From contig BTQP01000001.1 of NCBI GenBank assembly GCA_036985935.1, positions 1-44,731 on the forward strand: a DNA stretch of 44,731 bases, in the 5' to 3' direction. The position numbers were made by a program, and so were the translations under genes. The notes under the pieces were generated by a model, which ran no database searches, was not told where the DNA came from, and worked only from the letters and a program-made list of their open reading frames with translations. This DNA comes from Acidimicrobiia bacterium. Its GTDB lineage: Bacteria > Actinomycetota > Acidimicrobiia > Spongiisociales > UBA5794. Of this stretch, positions 10,354-19,688 are shown one piece after another. Each line of letters starts with the position of its first letter. Position 1 is the stretch's first letter.

Positions 10354-11503
10354 TGAGATCTCCGATCGTATCGACGAATCGATCGAACAGCGCTCGTGCG
10401 TCGTTCGGGCCCGGCGCCGCTTCGGGGTGATACTGCACCGAGAACGCATCGATGTCACGACACGCCAGTCCCTCGTTGGTGCCGTCGTTGAGGTTGTGAT
10501 GCGTGCCGTCGACAAGGCCGAAGGGTGAGTCGATACCGGTCGGAATATGTGTCCGGTCTGCGAGACCTCTTCGAACGGGGGTTTCCGATCCACTCAACGT
10601 CCACAGATCCACAGCGAAACCGTGGTTCTGAGCGGTGATATCAACCGCTCCATCGCTCAAACGCTGGACGGGATGATTCCCACCATGGTGTCCGAAGGGA
10701 AGTTTGTAGGTCGTTGCGCCAAGCGCGAGAGCCAGCAACTGGTGACCAAGGCAAATCCCAAACACAGGCACCTCACCGAGCAGTCCACGGATCGCCTCGA
10801 TCGGCTGGCTCAGGGGTTCAGGGTCACCGGGGCCATTCGAAAGAAACACGCCATCGGGTGCCAGAGCGAGTGTGGCCCTCGCCGTTGTATCTGCCGGCAC
10901 CACGGTGACGTCGAATCCACGCGACGTGAAGGCAGCAATGATGTCCCTCTTGATACCGAAGTCGTATGCCACAACATGTCCGCGCCGTTCCCCGGCCGTC
11001 TCGGTGACGTACGTTTCGCTCGTCGTGACGCTCGACACGAGATCCAGTCCGGACATCGACGGTGTCGCCCTGGCGATGTCGATGAGTTCGCGGCTGTCCA
11101 CGTCCGATCCTATGGCAGCCGGCATCGCCCCGCTTTCCCGGATGTGTCTTGTCAGCCGGCGCGTGTCCACATCGGACACCACAACGGTGTTGTGTGCTGC
11201 GAGATAGTCCGTGAGCGGCATGTCGGATCTCCACGAGCTCGCCACACGCGACAGCGACCGGACAATCACGGCACGTGCATGAATCTTGTCGTCCTGGTCG
11301 TCCTCGCGTGACGTCCCGTAGTTCCCGATGTGCGGCGAAGTGAACGTGATGATCTGTCCGGCATACGATGGATCCGTCAGGATCTCCTGGTACCCTGTCA
11401 TGGCGGTGTTGAAGACAACCTCTCCCGCCGAAATACCTTCAACACCGACGGAGATACCCTCGAAAACGGTTCCATCTGCCAGGGCGACCAGTCCACGTTT
11501 CAT
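10337..11503 (-). CDS. carA: Carbamoyl-phosphate synthase small (glutaminase) subunit
   Basis: N-terminal [11 protein letters not shown]-like sequence and the glutamine amidotransferase nucleophile motif GICLGHQ. The start forms an ATGA overlap with the pyrC stop. Confidence 0.95.
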   Translation of the reverse strand: MKRGLVALADGTVFEGISVGVEGISAGEVVFNTAMTGYQEILTDPSYAGQIITFTSPHIGNYGTSREDDQDDKIHARAVIVRSLSRVASSWRSDMPLTDYLAAHNTVVVSDVDTRRLTRHIRESGAMPAAIGSDVDSRELIDIARATPSMSGLDLVSSVTTSETYVTETAGERRGHVVAYDFGIKRDIIAAFTSRGFDVTVVPADTTARATLALAPDGVFLSNGPGDPEPLSQPIEAIRGLLGEVPVFGICLGHQLLALALGATTYKLPFGHHGGNHPVQRLSDGAVDITAQNHGFAVDLWTLSGSETPVRRGLADRTHIPTGIDSPFGLVDGTHHNLNDGTNEGLACRDIDAFSVQYHPEAAPGPNDARALFDRFVDTIGDLSAEAQ

Positions 11504-12771
11504 ATGGCGCCACCGTGAGCTACTCGACCGTTGCGAATGGTCGCCGTGGTTCTCCCCGTCAAACTCATCCCGAAATAGGGAGCGTTACGCGAACGCGAGC
11601 GCGTTGTAGTCGGCGTCCATGTCTCAGCTGGTGCGAACACAGTGATGTTTGCGACGTTGCCAACGCCGATCGGTAGCCCATGATCCGGGATCTGTGCGAT
11701 TCTTGCAGGTGCAACGGCCATCACAGCGAAGAACCTGGTGGGGTCCAGTCCTATGATCTTTCCGGCCACAGGGCCTGCCCATTCCAGGCCCAACACACCA
11801 TTGGGTGCGTCTTCGAACGGCACCTCTTTCTCCCTGGCAGCATGCGGTGCGTGATCCGTTGCGACGACGTCGATCACTCCGCTGCGAAGACCATCGGCTA
11901 GAGCCTGCCGATCGTCGGCCGTACGTAGCGGCGGCATCATCTTGAAGTCCGGATCGGTACTGGCCACGTCGGTGTGGTCGAACTCGAGGTGGTGCGGGGT
12001 AACCTCAGCGGTGACGGGTAGTCCTTCCGACTTTGCCTCAGCGATGAGTTCGACACCTCTGGCCGTTGAAACATGCTGAGCGTGATAGTTGACTCCGGTC
12101 AGCCGAACGAGGGCGAGATCGCGAGCGATCACTATCTCCTCGGCCACTGCTGGAATCCCTGGCATGCCCAAACGCGAGGACACTGCGCCTTCGTGCATGA
12201 AACCGGTGGCGCTCATCGAGCTGTCGACTGCGTGTTGGGCAACGACGCCCCCGAGGTTCTTGACGTACTCCATCGCAAGGCGCAGCACCGAGGAATTCGT
12301 CACCGAGGTCCCATCGTCTGTGAACAGGCGCACACCCGCGTGCCACATCTCGTCGATGTGTGCCATCCGTTCGCCTTGCCTCCCGAGAGTGATGGCACCC
12401 GCCGGGTACACGTCAGCCGAACCGACGTTTCGGCCTTGCTCGGACACGTACGTCGCGGTCTGGGCATTGTCGATGGTCGGTACGGTGTTCGGCATTGCGA
12501 CAACCGCTGTGTATCCGCCCGCAGCCGCTGCTGCGGTGCCTGTCCCGATGTCCTCCTTCCACAGCTCACCCGGATCGCGCAGATGGGTGTGCAGGTCGAC
12601 GAACCCGGGGCCTACCCATGCGTCGGAGGCGTCGACGATCGTCGAGCCGTCGAGGTCCGCCGCGAGTTCTGCGACGCGGCCGTCAACGATTCTCACGTCG
12701 AGACGCGCCATGCCGTCCTCGGTCAGAACCGACCCGCCCTTGATGACCAACTCAGGCAACCTGGTCACCAC
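11500..12771 (-). CDS. pyrC: Dihydroorotase
   Basis: Amidohydrolase metal motif FVDLHTHLR, plus ATDHAPH. GTG 12771 and GTG 12768 lie just upstream of [12 protein letters not shown]. The ORF-track start at 12861 lies inside pyrB. Confidence 0.9.
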   Translation of the reverse strand: MVTRLPELVIKGGSVLTEDGMARLDVRIVDGRVAELAADLDGSTIVDASDAWVGPGFVDLHTHLRDPGELWKEDIGTGTAAAAAGGYTAVVAMPNTVPTIDNAQTATYVSEQGRNVGSADVYPAGAITLGRQGERMAHIDEMWHAGVRLFTDDGTSVTNSSVLRLAMEYVKNLGGVVAQHAVDSSMSATGFMHEGAVSSRLGMPGIPAVAEEIVIARDLALVRLTGVNYHAQHVSTARGVELIAEAKSEGLPVTAEVTPHHLEFDHTDVASTDPDFKMMPPLRTADDRQALADGLRSGVIDVVATDHAPHAAREKEVPFEDAPNGVLGLEWAGPVAGKIIGLDPTRFFAVMAVAPARIAQIPDHGLPIGVGNVANITVFAPAETWTPTTTRSRSRNAPYFGMSLTGRTTATIRNGRVAHGGAI

Positions 12772-13669
12772 CCAGGAGTTCGAACAGCACGGCCATCCGC
12801 GCCGCGACGCCGTTTGATACCTGAAGGAGCACGAGTGACCGCTCGTCGTCCGCCACGTCATGAGCTATCTCGACCCCTCGGTTCATGGGACCAGGATGCA
12901 ATACGACCGCCTCCGGCTTCAGGCGACCAAAGCGAGCCCCGGTCATGCCGTACCGGTCGGCGTATTCAGGGAGCGAGGGAAATACGGATCCACCACCGCG
13001 TTCAGTCTGTACGCGCAGAAGGTATACGACATCCACCTCGTCGAGTATCGCGTCGAGATCTGTCGACGTGTTCGCAGGCCAACCGTCGATCTCAACCGGA
13101 AGCAAGGTCGGCGGGCCGACCAAAGTTACGCTCGCACCGAGGGAGTGGAAGGCATACATATTCGACCGCGCCACCCTGGAATGGCGAACGTCACCCACGA
13201 TCGCGATTCGTAGGCCTTCGAGTGAGCCGAACCGTTGGGTGATCGTCAGACAATCAGCAAGTGCCTGCGTCGGGTGCTGATGGGCGCCGTCGCCGCCGTT
13301 GACCACAGGGACGTCGAGCCACTCGGCGACGCGCCACGGGGCACCAGTTGACCCGTGGCGCACCACCATCAGATCGACTCCCATGGCGTGGACGGTCAAG
13401 GCTGTGTCCTTGAGCGATTCTCCCTTGGAGAGTGAGGATGTCGCGGGTGAGAACGACATAGTGTCCGCAGACAGCGCTTTCGCTGCTTTCTCGAAGGACA
13501 GCCGTGTCCGGGTGGAGGGTTCGAAGAACATCGTTGCGACTGTCTTTCCTCTGAGAGCCGGCACCTTGGGTATCGGACGCGATAGCACTTCGACGAACGA
13601 CTCAGCATCCACGAGCAACTTCTCAATGACCTGCCGCGGGAGATCCTCGGTCGTGAGCAGGTCGTTCAC
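12752..13669 (-). CDS. pyrB: Aspartate carbamoyltransferase catalytic subunit
   Basis: ATCase motifs [17 protein letters not shown] and HPGP. The start forms a GTGA overlap with the pyrR stop. Confidence 0.95.
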   Translation of the reverse strand: MNDLLTTEDLPRQVIEKLLVDAESFVEVLSRPIPKVPALRGKTVATMFFEPSTRTRLSFEKAAKALSADTMSFSPATSSLSKGESLKDTALTVHAMGVDLMVVRHGSTGAPWRVAEWLDVPVVNGGDGAHQHPTQALADCLTITQRFGSLEGLRIAIVGDVRHSRVARSNMYAFHSLGASVTLVGPPTLLPVEIDGWPANTSTDLDAILDEVDVVYLLRVQTERGGGSVFPSLPEYADRYGMTGARFGRLKPEAVVLHPGPMNRGVEIAHDVADDERSLVLLQVSNGVAARMAVLFELLGGDQVA

Positions 13670-14283
13670 GCAGGTTCGCTCTGCCCGATCCAGACACCGT
13701 CTTCATCATCAATGCCGAGAAACCGGACGGATACGTGTTCCGTAAGAGACGTCGGAATGTTCTTCCCGACATAGTCCGCTCTGATCGGGAGCTCACGGTG
13801 TCCTCTGTCGATGACCACTGCAAGTTGAACTGCTGACGGGCGCCCGAGATCGGCGAGTGCATCCAACGCTGCACGGATCGTCCTTCCGGTGAACAGCACA
13901 TCGTCTGCGAGCACGACGGTCTTACCATCGAGCAGTTCCGGGATGTCTGTCGGTCCAATCCTCGCGCGGGGTCTGATATCGATATCGTCCCGATACATGC
14001 CTACGTCCAGGGACCCTGCAGTGAACCCAGCACCGTGGATATCACTAAGTGCCGCGGCGATACGATCTGCGAAGGGCTTGCCACGCGTCGGTATTCCAAG
14101 CAGAACGACCTCGTCCAGGCCGTGATTCCGCTCAGCGATCTCGTGAGCGATCCGCTTCGTAACGCGTCCGAGGTCGTCCGAATCCATTACCTGTCTCAGA
14201 ATGGTCTCCTTCGAGTCTCCCGAAATACAACGAAACCGCACACTCGTGTGTGCGGCTGCTCGACTTGTCTCATCGACCGACAT
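13666..14283 (-). CDS. pyrR: Bifunctional pyr operon regulator / uracil phosphoribosyltransferase PyrR
   Basis: [25 protein letters not shown] and the PRPP loop [13 protein letters not shown]. The start is uncertain. ATG 14283 is the longest option, but residues 10-20 are encoded by a terminator-like hairpin and U-run. Downstream alternatives follow a strong AAGGAG (ATT 14202, CTG 14199, ATG 14187). Confidence 0.85.
   Translation of the reverse strand: MSVDETSRAAAHTSVRFRCISGDSKETILRQVMDSDDLGRVTKRIAHEIAERNHGLDEVVLLGIPTRGKPFADRIAAALSDIHGAGFTAGSLDVGMYRDDIDIRPRARIGPTDIPELLDGKTVVLADDVLFTGRTIRAALDALADLGRPSAVQLAVVIDRGHRELPIRADYVGKNIPTSLTEHVSVRFLGIDDEDGVWIGQSEPA
14222..14255 (-). terminator. Candidate pyr attenuator (intrinsic-terminator-like hairpin plus U-run)
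   Basis: The minus strand reads CCGCACAC-ACGA-GUGUGCGG, a perfect 8-bp GC-rich stem with a 4-nt loop, followed by UUUCGUUGUAUUU. It lies 28 nt downstream of the PyrR binding loop and upstream of a strong AAGGAG. I could not find a convincing antiterminator by eye. Confidence 0.45.
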
Positions 14284-14314
14284 CCTTCTCGGCCTCTCTG
14301 GACCGGGTTAAAGG
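14284..14314 (-). promoter_or_regulatory. PyrR-binding RNA loop (pyr leader)
   Basis: The minus strand reads CCUUUAACCCGGUCCAGAGAGGCCGAGAAGG. The upper stem GGUC/GGCC (with a U.G wobble) closes the hexaloop CAGAGA. A GA purine bulge follows, then the lower stem CCUUU/GAAGG. This matches the published PyrR binding-loop consensus ARUCCAGAGAGGYU at 12 of 14 positions and sits directly upstream of pyrR. Confidence 0.75.
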
Positions 14315-14349
14315 GGTTCTGTTGTGGTCATTGTACTACGGCGAACACA

Positions 14350-14724
14350 TCACTCGCCCACGTCTCGCTGCTTGGCAACGGCCGACAGGACACCGTTGAC
14401 GAAGGAGCCACTGTTTGCGGTCGAGTACAGTTTCGCGAGTTCGACACATTCCGAGATCGTCACACCCACCGGAACGTCGGTAAAGAGGAGTTCATATGTT
14501 CCGAGGCGCAGGATATTTCGATCGACAACCGGCATTCGTTCGATCCTCCAGCGGGTCGATGCGGCAGTGATGACGGCGTCGATCGCCTCCCGGTTCTCCC
14601 ACACGGCCTCTGCGATCACCGCCGAGCGATGGGACACCTTCGTGACATCTATCACATCCATCGATCGGGAATCGGCTGCGTACAACGACCCCAGCGCTCC
14701 GTCTCTGGCGGCGTCAACGCTCAC
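14350..14724 (-). CDS. nusB: Transcription antitermination factor NusB
   Basis: 124-aa protein with a NusB-like core (LRLGTYELLFTDVP, FVNGVL). The start forms a GTGA overlap with the efp stop. It sits in the conserved efp-nusB pair. Confidence 0.8.
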   Translation of the reverse strand: MSVDAARDGALGSLYAADSRSMDVIDVTKVSHRSAVIAEAVWENREAIDAVITAASTRWRIERMPVVDRNILRLGTYELLFTDVPVGVTISECVELAKLYSTANSGSFVNGVLSAVAKQRDVGE

Positions 14725-15281
14725 GAGACACGGGTGACGTAGTCACCTGTGCGAGTGTCGACCTTCACTACGTCACCAAGTTCGACGAAGAGCGGAGCCT
14801 GAATCACCCTGCCCGTCGCAAGAGTGACCGGCTTCGTTGCACCGGATACACGATCGCCTTTGACACCGGGCTCCGCGAAAGTGACTTCTATCTCGACAGA
14901 GGCTGGAAGTTCTATGTCCACGGGCGTTCCCTCGAACATCGCGAGCCGGATCGTCATACCGTCCGTCATGAAGTCAGCACTTGTGCCAACCAGGTCCTCC
15001 GACACGTTCATCTGCTCGTACGTTTCGCCGTCCATGAAGTTGAAACCCATGTCGTCGCGGTACAAGAAGGTGTAGTCCCTTCGGTCGATGACAGCCTTCG
15101 GGAGATTCTCGCCGGCGCGATACGTTCGGTCTATGACGGCCCCCGTGCGGACGTTCTTTAACTTCATCCGGACGAAGGCTTTGCCCTTGCCGGGTTTCAC
15201 GTGTTGGTACTCCGTGACCGAAAAGAGACCCTCAGGCAAGTTCAACGCCATACCGGGTTTGACATCGTTGGTCGAAATCAT
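14721..15281 (-). CDS. efp: Elongation factor P
   Basis: MISTNDVKPGMAL and KPGKGKAFVRMKLKN are typical of EF-P. ATG 15281 is preceded by GAGGAGGG. The ORF-track extension to 15434 overlaps the aroB 3' end. Confidence 0.9.
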   Translation of the reverse strand: MISTNDVKPGMALNLPEGLFSVTEYQHVKPGKGKAFVRMKLKNVRTGAVIDRTYRAGENLPKAVIDRRDYTFLYRDDMGFNFMDGETYEQMNVSEDLVGTSADFMTDGMTIRLAMFEGTPVDIELPASVEIEVTFAEPGVKGDRVSGATKPVTLATGRVIQAPLFVELGDVVKVDTRTGDYVTRVS

Positions 15282-15309
15282 CGGTCTGCCCTCCTCGAAT
15301 GTGCGACGT

Positions 15310-16356
15310 TCAGGCGAGGTCGATGCCAGCGAACGCGGCCCGTACGGTAGCGTCATCGGGATGTATGAGCACAGGTGAACCGAAGTCTTCGAGGAGAACC
15401 ATGCGAAGCCCCTCGCTGTCTCGTTTCTTGTCAAGTGCCATCACGGCACGTGTTGTCTCCAATTTCGCCTCCGGCGCCGTGACGGGGAGACCGATGCCCT
15501 TGAGGATGTCACTCTGGCGGTCCGCACCGGTAAAACCGATGTGATGTCTTGATGCGTACCCAGCCGCCACCATACCGATTGCCACCGATTCGCCATGGGG
15601 TCGACCCGTCGTTGTCTCGATCGCGTGACCGATTGTGTGGCCATAGTTGAGGATCGCTCGGGCACCGCGTTCTGTGAAGTCGTCACTCACGACCTGAGTC
15701 TTGACAGCTACAGACCGGTTCACGATCTCTTCGAGATCTGTGTCGATGCCGTTCTTTTCGAATGCAGTGATGATTTCGGTATCGGCGATGAACCCCGTCT
15801 TGATCGCCTCAGCTGCCCCGATGATCTTCAATTCCCTGGGGAGAGCATCGAGAATGTCGACGTCGACGATCACGGCTTCAGGATGTGAGAAAACGCCTGC
15901 AAGGTTCTTCCCATCCACATTGACGCCCGTCTTGCCTCCAATGGCTGCGTCGACTGCCGCCAGCAAGGTTGTTGCGACGTACATAGCGGAAACCCCACGG
16001 AGATAGGTCCCGGCGATGAATCCTGTCACGTCGGTGAGTGCGCCTCCCCCGACACCTACGACGAGGTCGTCCCTTGTGAAATGTCTGGCGTTGAGGAATC
16101 GGTATACATCTTCGACCACACCGAGTTGCTTGGCCTCTTCGCCGTCGGGGAGCGTGTATCCGCCGACTTCGATTCCCGCTGCATGGAACGCATTGGCGTA
16201 TGTCTCGGCGAGCGCGAACGTGGATGGTTGACACACCACCGCGATCTGGCGATGACCATTGCCGGCGACCATCTCGGTCAGGGTCTGGGACATATCCCGT
16301 CCGACCAGAATGGTTGAAACCGGCTCAGTGTCCTTCCAGATCACGTGCCGACGCAT
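15310..16356 (-). CDS. aroB: 3-dehydroquinate synthase
   Basis: Dehydroquinate synthase motifs GGGALTDVTGF, GKTGVN and LNYGHTIGHAIE. It sits in the aroC-aroK-aroB cluster. Confidence 0.9.
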   Translation of the reverse strand: MRRHVIWKDTEPVSTILVGRDMSQTLTEMVAGNGHRQIAVVCQPSTFALAETYANAFHAAGIEVGGYTLPDGEEAKQLGVVEDVYRFLNARHFTRDDLVVGVGGGALTDVTGFIAGTYLRGVSAMYVATTLLAAVDAAIGGKTGVNVDGKNLAGVFSHPEAVIVDVDILDALPRELKIIGAAEAIKTGFIADTEIITAFEKNGIDTDLEEIVNRSVAVKTQVVSDDFTERGARAILNYGHTIGHAIETTTGRPHGESVAIGMVAAGYASRHHIGFTGADRQSDILKGIGLPVTAPEAKLETTRAVMALDKKRDSEGLRMVLLEDFGSPVLIHPDDATVRAAFAGIDLA

Positions 16357-16835
16357 TTGAGCACCTCCTCTGCCACAGTCGCTGCATCGAGGTCCGTCGT
16401 ATCGATAACGCTGTCGGCGCTCTGTGTATAGATGTGCTTCCGTGTTTCGTAGATTCTCGCCAGCGCATCATTGTCGGAGTTGAGTGGACGGCTCGAATTG
16501 TCGCTCAATCGTTGCTCAATCTGGTCGAGACTCGCGGTCAGGAGGATCGTCGATCCTGTCGCACGCATCGCATCGACGTTCGCGGCGTCGAGCACGGCGC
16601 CGCCGCCCGTCGCGATCACGGCGTCGTCACAGGTCGCAAGTGCAGCGATTTCCGCCGACTCCAGGACGCGGAACGACGCTTCGCCTTCTGCGAAGATCTC
16701 AGCAATCGATCGGTGATTGTGTTCCACGATGAGGGCATCGACATCGAGGAGGGGAATCTGAAGGCGCTCAGCCACGAGCGCACCCACCGTGGATTTGCCC
16801 GTGCCCATCATTCCGATCAGCCATACATGCGCCAT
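16341..16835 (-). CDS. aroK: Shikimate kinase
   Basis: MAHVWLIGMMGTGKSTVG aligns with the E. coli AroK N-terminus (FLVGPMGAGKSTIG). ATG 16835 lies 1 nt after the aroC stop. The ORF-track start at 16871 would overlap aroC by 35 nt. Confidence 0.9.
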   Translation of the reverse strand: MAHVWLIGMMGTGKSTVGALVAERLQIPLLDVDALIVEHNHRSIAEIFAEGEASFRVLESAEIAALATCDDAVIATGGGAVLDAANVDAMRATGSTILLTASLDQIEQRLSDNSSRPLNSDNDALARIYETRKHIYTQSADSVIDTTDLDAATVAEEVLKCVGT

Positions 16836-16836
16836 C

Positions 16837-17991
16837 TCAGAAAGAGTCGAGACGTGCCCGATACGCGGCATGGTTCCGCACTATGTCTCCGACGGTGTCT
16901 CCACCGAAGGATCTCATCGCCTCGTTTGCGAGTACGTACGCAACCATCTGCTCGGCAACGACACCTGCGGCAGGCACCGCACACACGTCGCTTCGCTCAC
17001 GAAAGGCCTTGTCCTGGGCTTTCGTGCTCACATCAACAGTGTCGAGCGCACGCATGAGTGTCGCGATCGGTTTCATGTATGCCGTAACAGCCAGCACCCC
17101 TCCGGTCGTCATGCCGCCCTCGAGCCCGCCTGCGCGGTTCGTGCGTCGTGCGTAGGCATCGTCCGCTCGAATGATCTCGTCATGCGCCGACGAGCCGCGC
17201 GATCGCGATTGTTCCAAACCCGAGCCGATCTCGACTGCCTTGATCGCCTGGATCGACATCAGAGCCCCCGCAAGCAATCCATCGAGCTTTCTGTCCCAAT
17301 GCACGTGACTACCAAGACCAGGCGGTAGGCCGTACGCGAGGACCTCCACTGAACCACCGAGGGTATCCCTGTCCGCCTTCGCTGCTTCGATCTCCTCAAC
17401 CATCGCCTTCGCGCTTTGCGGGTCGAAAGCTCTCACCTCGGACGCGTCCACACGATCAAGATCAGCTGGTTCCGGCCGGGGAGACCCCTGGGGGACGCTG
17501 ACCGAACCGATGGCCGTCACATGTGAGAGCACAGAGATATCGATTGCGCTCAGGAGTTGCTTGCTGAGATATCCGACGATGGTCCTGGCAGCGGTTTCGC
17601 GAGCGGATGCTCGCTCCAGGATGTCACGAGCGTCATGGGTGTCGTATTTTTGCATACCGACGAGGTCGGCATGCCCGGGCCGGGGTTTCGTCTCAGGTTT
17701 TTCAGTGTGTCCTGCCTCGGGAGACATCTCTTGCTGCCAGCGTGGCCACTCAGTGTTCCGTATCAGGACCGTGACGGGTCCACCCAGTGTCTCTCCGAAG
17801 CGCACACCGGCAAGGATCTCGAGCTCGTCTTTCTCCAACTTCATCCGAGGGCCGCGTCCGAACCCCAACCTGCGCCGAGCGAGTTCTGAGGCGATACCGG
17901 CGGTTGAGACGTCGAGTCCCTTGGGCAGTCCTTCGACGGTCGCGACCAACCCCGGACCGTGCGACTCGCCGGATGTGATGAATCTCAGCAT
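16837..17991 (-). CDS. aroC: Chorismate synthase
   Basis: MLRFITSGESHGPGLVATVEGLP is the canonical chorismate synthase N-terminus, and ATG 17991 was read from the sequence. The 287 upstream in-frame codons of the ORF-track entry are antisense to the + strand methyltransferase and were rejected. Confidence 0.9.
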   Translation of the reverse strand: MLRFITSGESHGPGLVATVEGLPKGLDVSTAGIASELARRRLGFGRGPRMKLEKDELEILAGVRFGETLGGPVTVLIRNTEWPRWQQEMSPEAGHTEKPETKPRPGHADLVGMQKYDTHDARDILERASARETAARTIVGYLSKQLLSAIDISVLSHVTAIGSVSVPQGSPRPEPADLDRVDASEVRAFDPQSAKAMVEEIEAAKADRDTLGGSVEVLAYGLPPGLGSHVHWDRKLDGLLAGALMSIQAIKAVEIGSGLEQSRSRGSSAHDEIIRADDAYARRTNRAGGLEGGMTTGGVLAVTAYMKPIATLMRALDTVDVSTKAQDKAFRERSDVCAVPAAGVVAEQMVAYVLANEAMRSFGGDTVGDIVRNHAAYRARLDSF

Positions 17992-18087
17992 GACCAGACA
18001 GAGTAGCGGCGCCAGTGAAAGTGCCGATCTCCGCGCGCCAGGTTCTCTGTGAGCGCCGTGGGTGCCGTATGCCGGTAGATTCAGAAG

Positions 18088-18918
18088 ATGGCAACCGACC
18101 ACAGACCCATCGACCATGCTGGCCGAACTATCGACTTCGGCCGCACGGTTGCCGACTACGAACGTCACCGACCTGGCTTCCCCGACGGATTCTTTTCTCT
18201 CCTCGTCGACCGCGGCTGGGTCGAAAGCGGTCGACGCGTTCTGGACCTCGGTACAGGAACCGGGTCCGTCGCCTTCGGCCTCGCAAAGATTGGGCTCGAT
18301 GTGACGGGGCTTGACATCTCGCCTGAACTGCTCCAGGGCGCACGTCGTACCGCCGAAAGCCGTGGTCTCGATGTCCGATTCGTCGAGGGCGCCGCTGAAG
18401 CGACGGGACAGGACGATGACAGTTTCGACGTCGTCACGGCAGGACAGTGCTGGTGGTGGTTCGACTCCGACAGGGCCGCCCGGGAAGCGGAACGCGTGCT
18501 GCGACCCGGGGGCAGGCTCGTGATCTGCGATTTCAGCTACCTGCCGCTCGAGGGCAACGTCTCCGAGAGAACCGAGCAGTTGATTCTGGAACACAACCCC
18601 GGATGGACGAAGGCTGGTGGCACACGGATACATCCTGAGCAGGTGACGGCCCTCGATCGCGGCGGATACGAGTCCGTCGAATCCTTCAGCTACCTCGTCG
18701 ACGTGCGATTCACGCACGAAGCCTGGCGCGGAAGGGTGCGTACCTGCAACGGCGTGGGTTCTGCTCTGAGTGACCTCGAGGTTGAACGCTTCGACGAACA
18801 ACTCCGTGAACTTCTTGAAGACGAATTTCCGGACCAACTTGTGATCCCCCACCGAATCTTCGCGACGAGCGGCGTCACGTCTGGCTCCCCCTCAACCGGA
18901 CGTACGGAGCTCGGCTAG
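18088..18918 (+). CDS. Class I SAM-dependent methyltransferase, substrate unknown
   Basis: Motif I VLDLGTGTGSVAF, an acidic post-I residue (GLDIS) and RVLRPGGRLVI. The codon pattern looks coding. It is one of only three + strand genes. Its stop overlaps the prepilin peptidase stop (GCTAGC at 18914-18919). Confidence 0.8.
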   Translation: MATDHRPIDHAGRTIDFGRTVADYERHRPGFPDGFFSLLVDRGWVESGRRVLDLGTGTGSVAFGLAKIGLDVTGLDISPELLQGARRTAESRGLDVRFVEGAAEATGQDDDSFDVVTAGQCWWWFDSDRAAREAERVLRPGGRLVICDFSYLPLEGNVSERTEQLILEHNPGWTKAGGTRIHPEQVTALDRGGYESVESFSYLVDVRFTHEAWRGRVRTCNGVGSALSDLEVERFDEQLRELLEDEFPDQLVIPHRIFATSGVTSGSPSTGRTELG

Positions 18919-19649
18919 CGCAGGTACCACTGGGTGATGGCCTCACCGAACGCGACTGCGATGATCGCTGCGAGCGTCATGAACGGACCGAAGGGGATCG
19001 CATCTTTGCGGGTACTCAATCGTGTCACCAAAAGGAAAATCGCCACAAGTCCACCTATCAGGAAGCCCCCGATCCCGGCAACGATCACATGCCCCCACCC
19101 GAGGTACCCGGTGAACACCCCGATGAGGAACGCTAGTTTCACGTCCCCGAATCCGAGACCTCCCCTCGCGAGCAAAGCAAGGACGAACATGACGGCGAAA
19201 TACGCAACGCCACCACCTGCTGCACGCAGAATCGCGAACGGTTCACCAGCGATCAGGCCACCGATCACGAGAAGACCAACCGCTACGAGGGTCGCCGGAC
19301 CAAGGATGCGGTTCGGTATCAGCTGGGTGTCGAGATCGGTCACGGTGAGAGCGACCATCGCGCCAGCGAAAACGAGGAACGCTGGCAGTATCCACAGGGT
19401 GGGCACCGAAACCGCCATAGTGGCAAACACGACAGCGGTGACCACCGGAATCAGGGGTGTGACCCATCGCTGCCGATGGCTCTGTGGTCTGCAAACGATC
19501 AGGGATATCGAGAGAGGTCCGTCACACACATCACATTCGGGATTCCACCATCGATCAGGGCGTTCCCTGCGATGGGCTGAAACCTCTGAAGCGATCGATC
19601 GCCCTGCGACGATTCCGACGGTTGCTGAGAGAAAAGCGGCTACCCACAT
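18915..19649 (-). CDS. Prepilin peptidase (A24 family aspartic protease)
   Basis: Polytopic membrane protein with the two catalytic Asp contexts (VTDLDTQLIPN and GFGDVKLAFLIG). The N-terminal Cys cluster is reduced (CDVCDGPL...C). No pilin or secretion genes lie in the window. Confidence 0.75.
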   Translation of the reverse strand: MWVAAFLSATVGIVAGRSIASEVSAHRRERPDRWWNPECDVCDGPLSISLIVCRPQSHRQRWVTPLIPVVTAVVFATMAVSVPTLWILPAFLVFAGAMVALTVTDLDTQLIPNRILGPATLVAVGLLVIGGLIAGEPFAILRAAGGGVAYFAVMFVLALLARGGLGFGDVKLAFLIGVFTGYLGWGHVIVAGIGGFLIGGLVAIFLLVTRLSTRKDAIPFGPFMTLAAIIAVAFGEAITQWYLR

Positions 19650-19688
19650 CGTCGGCGAGCATAGGGCGAGGGAGAGCCGATTCCGCGG

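Noticed and set aside
10354-10593. N-terminal extensions in ORF-track entries for carB, and likewise pyrF (to 6428), pyrC (to 12861), efp (to 15434), aspS (to 28099), ruvA (to 38988), ruvC (to 39470), the acyltransferase (to 43885) and mihF (to 5484).
   Set aside because: The extensions overlap the 3' end of the upstream gene and have no similarity to the family N-termini. Internal ATG or GTG codons coincide with the conserved N-terminus, and often with a 4-nt overlap or an SD.
12073-13242. 389-aa + strand ORF, the longest of many 60-290-aa antisense or out-of-frame ORFs (others include 5928-6791, 16200-17057, 18934-19692, 40678-41367 and 41752-42387).
   Set aside because: Each lies entirely inside a well-supported minus-strand gene (pyrC/pyrB, pyrF/pyrD, aroB/aroK/aroC, prepilin peptidase, pdxS, pimA). 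Their translations are Arg/Ser/Pro-rich with no recognisable motifs. Stop-poor antisense frames are expected at this GC content.
17992-18852. In-frame extension of 287 codons upstream of aroC in the 671-aa ORF-track entry.
   Set aside because: Chorismate synthase begins with the canonical MLRFITSGESHG at ATG 17991. The extension is antisense to a + strand methyltransferase with clear motifs, and its Arg/Ala/Gly/Pro-rich composition is typical of open antisense frames in GC-rich DNA.
18088-19649. The idea that the adjacent class I methyltransferase supplies the N-methyltransferase activity missing from the short prepilin peptidase.
   Set aside because: This is pure speculation. The genes are convergent rather than co-transcribed, and the PilD N-methylation domain is unrelated to class I Rossmann methyltransferases. 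No pilin substrate is visible.
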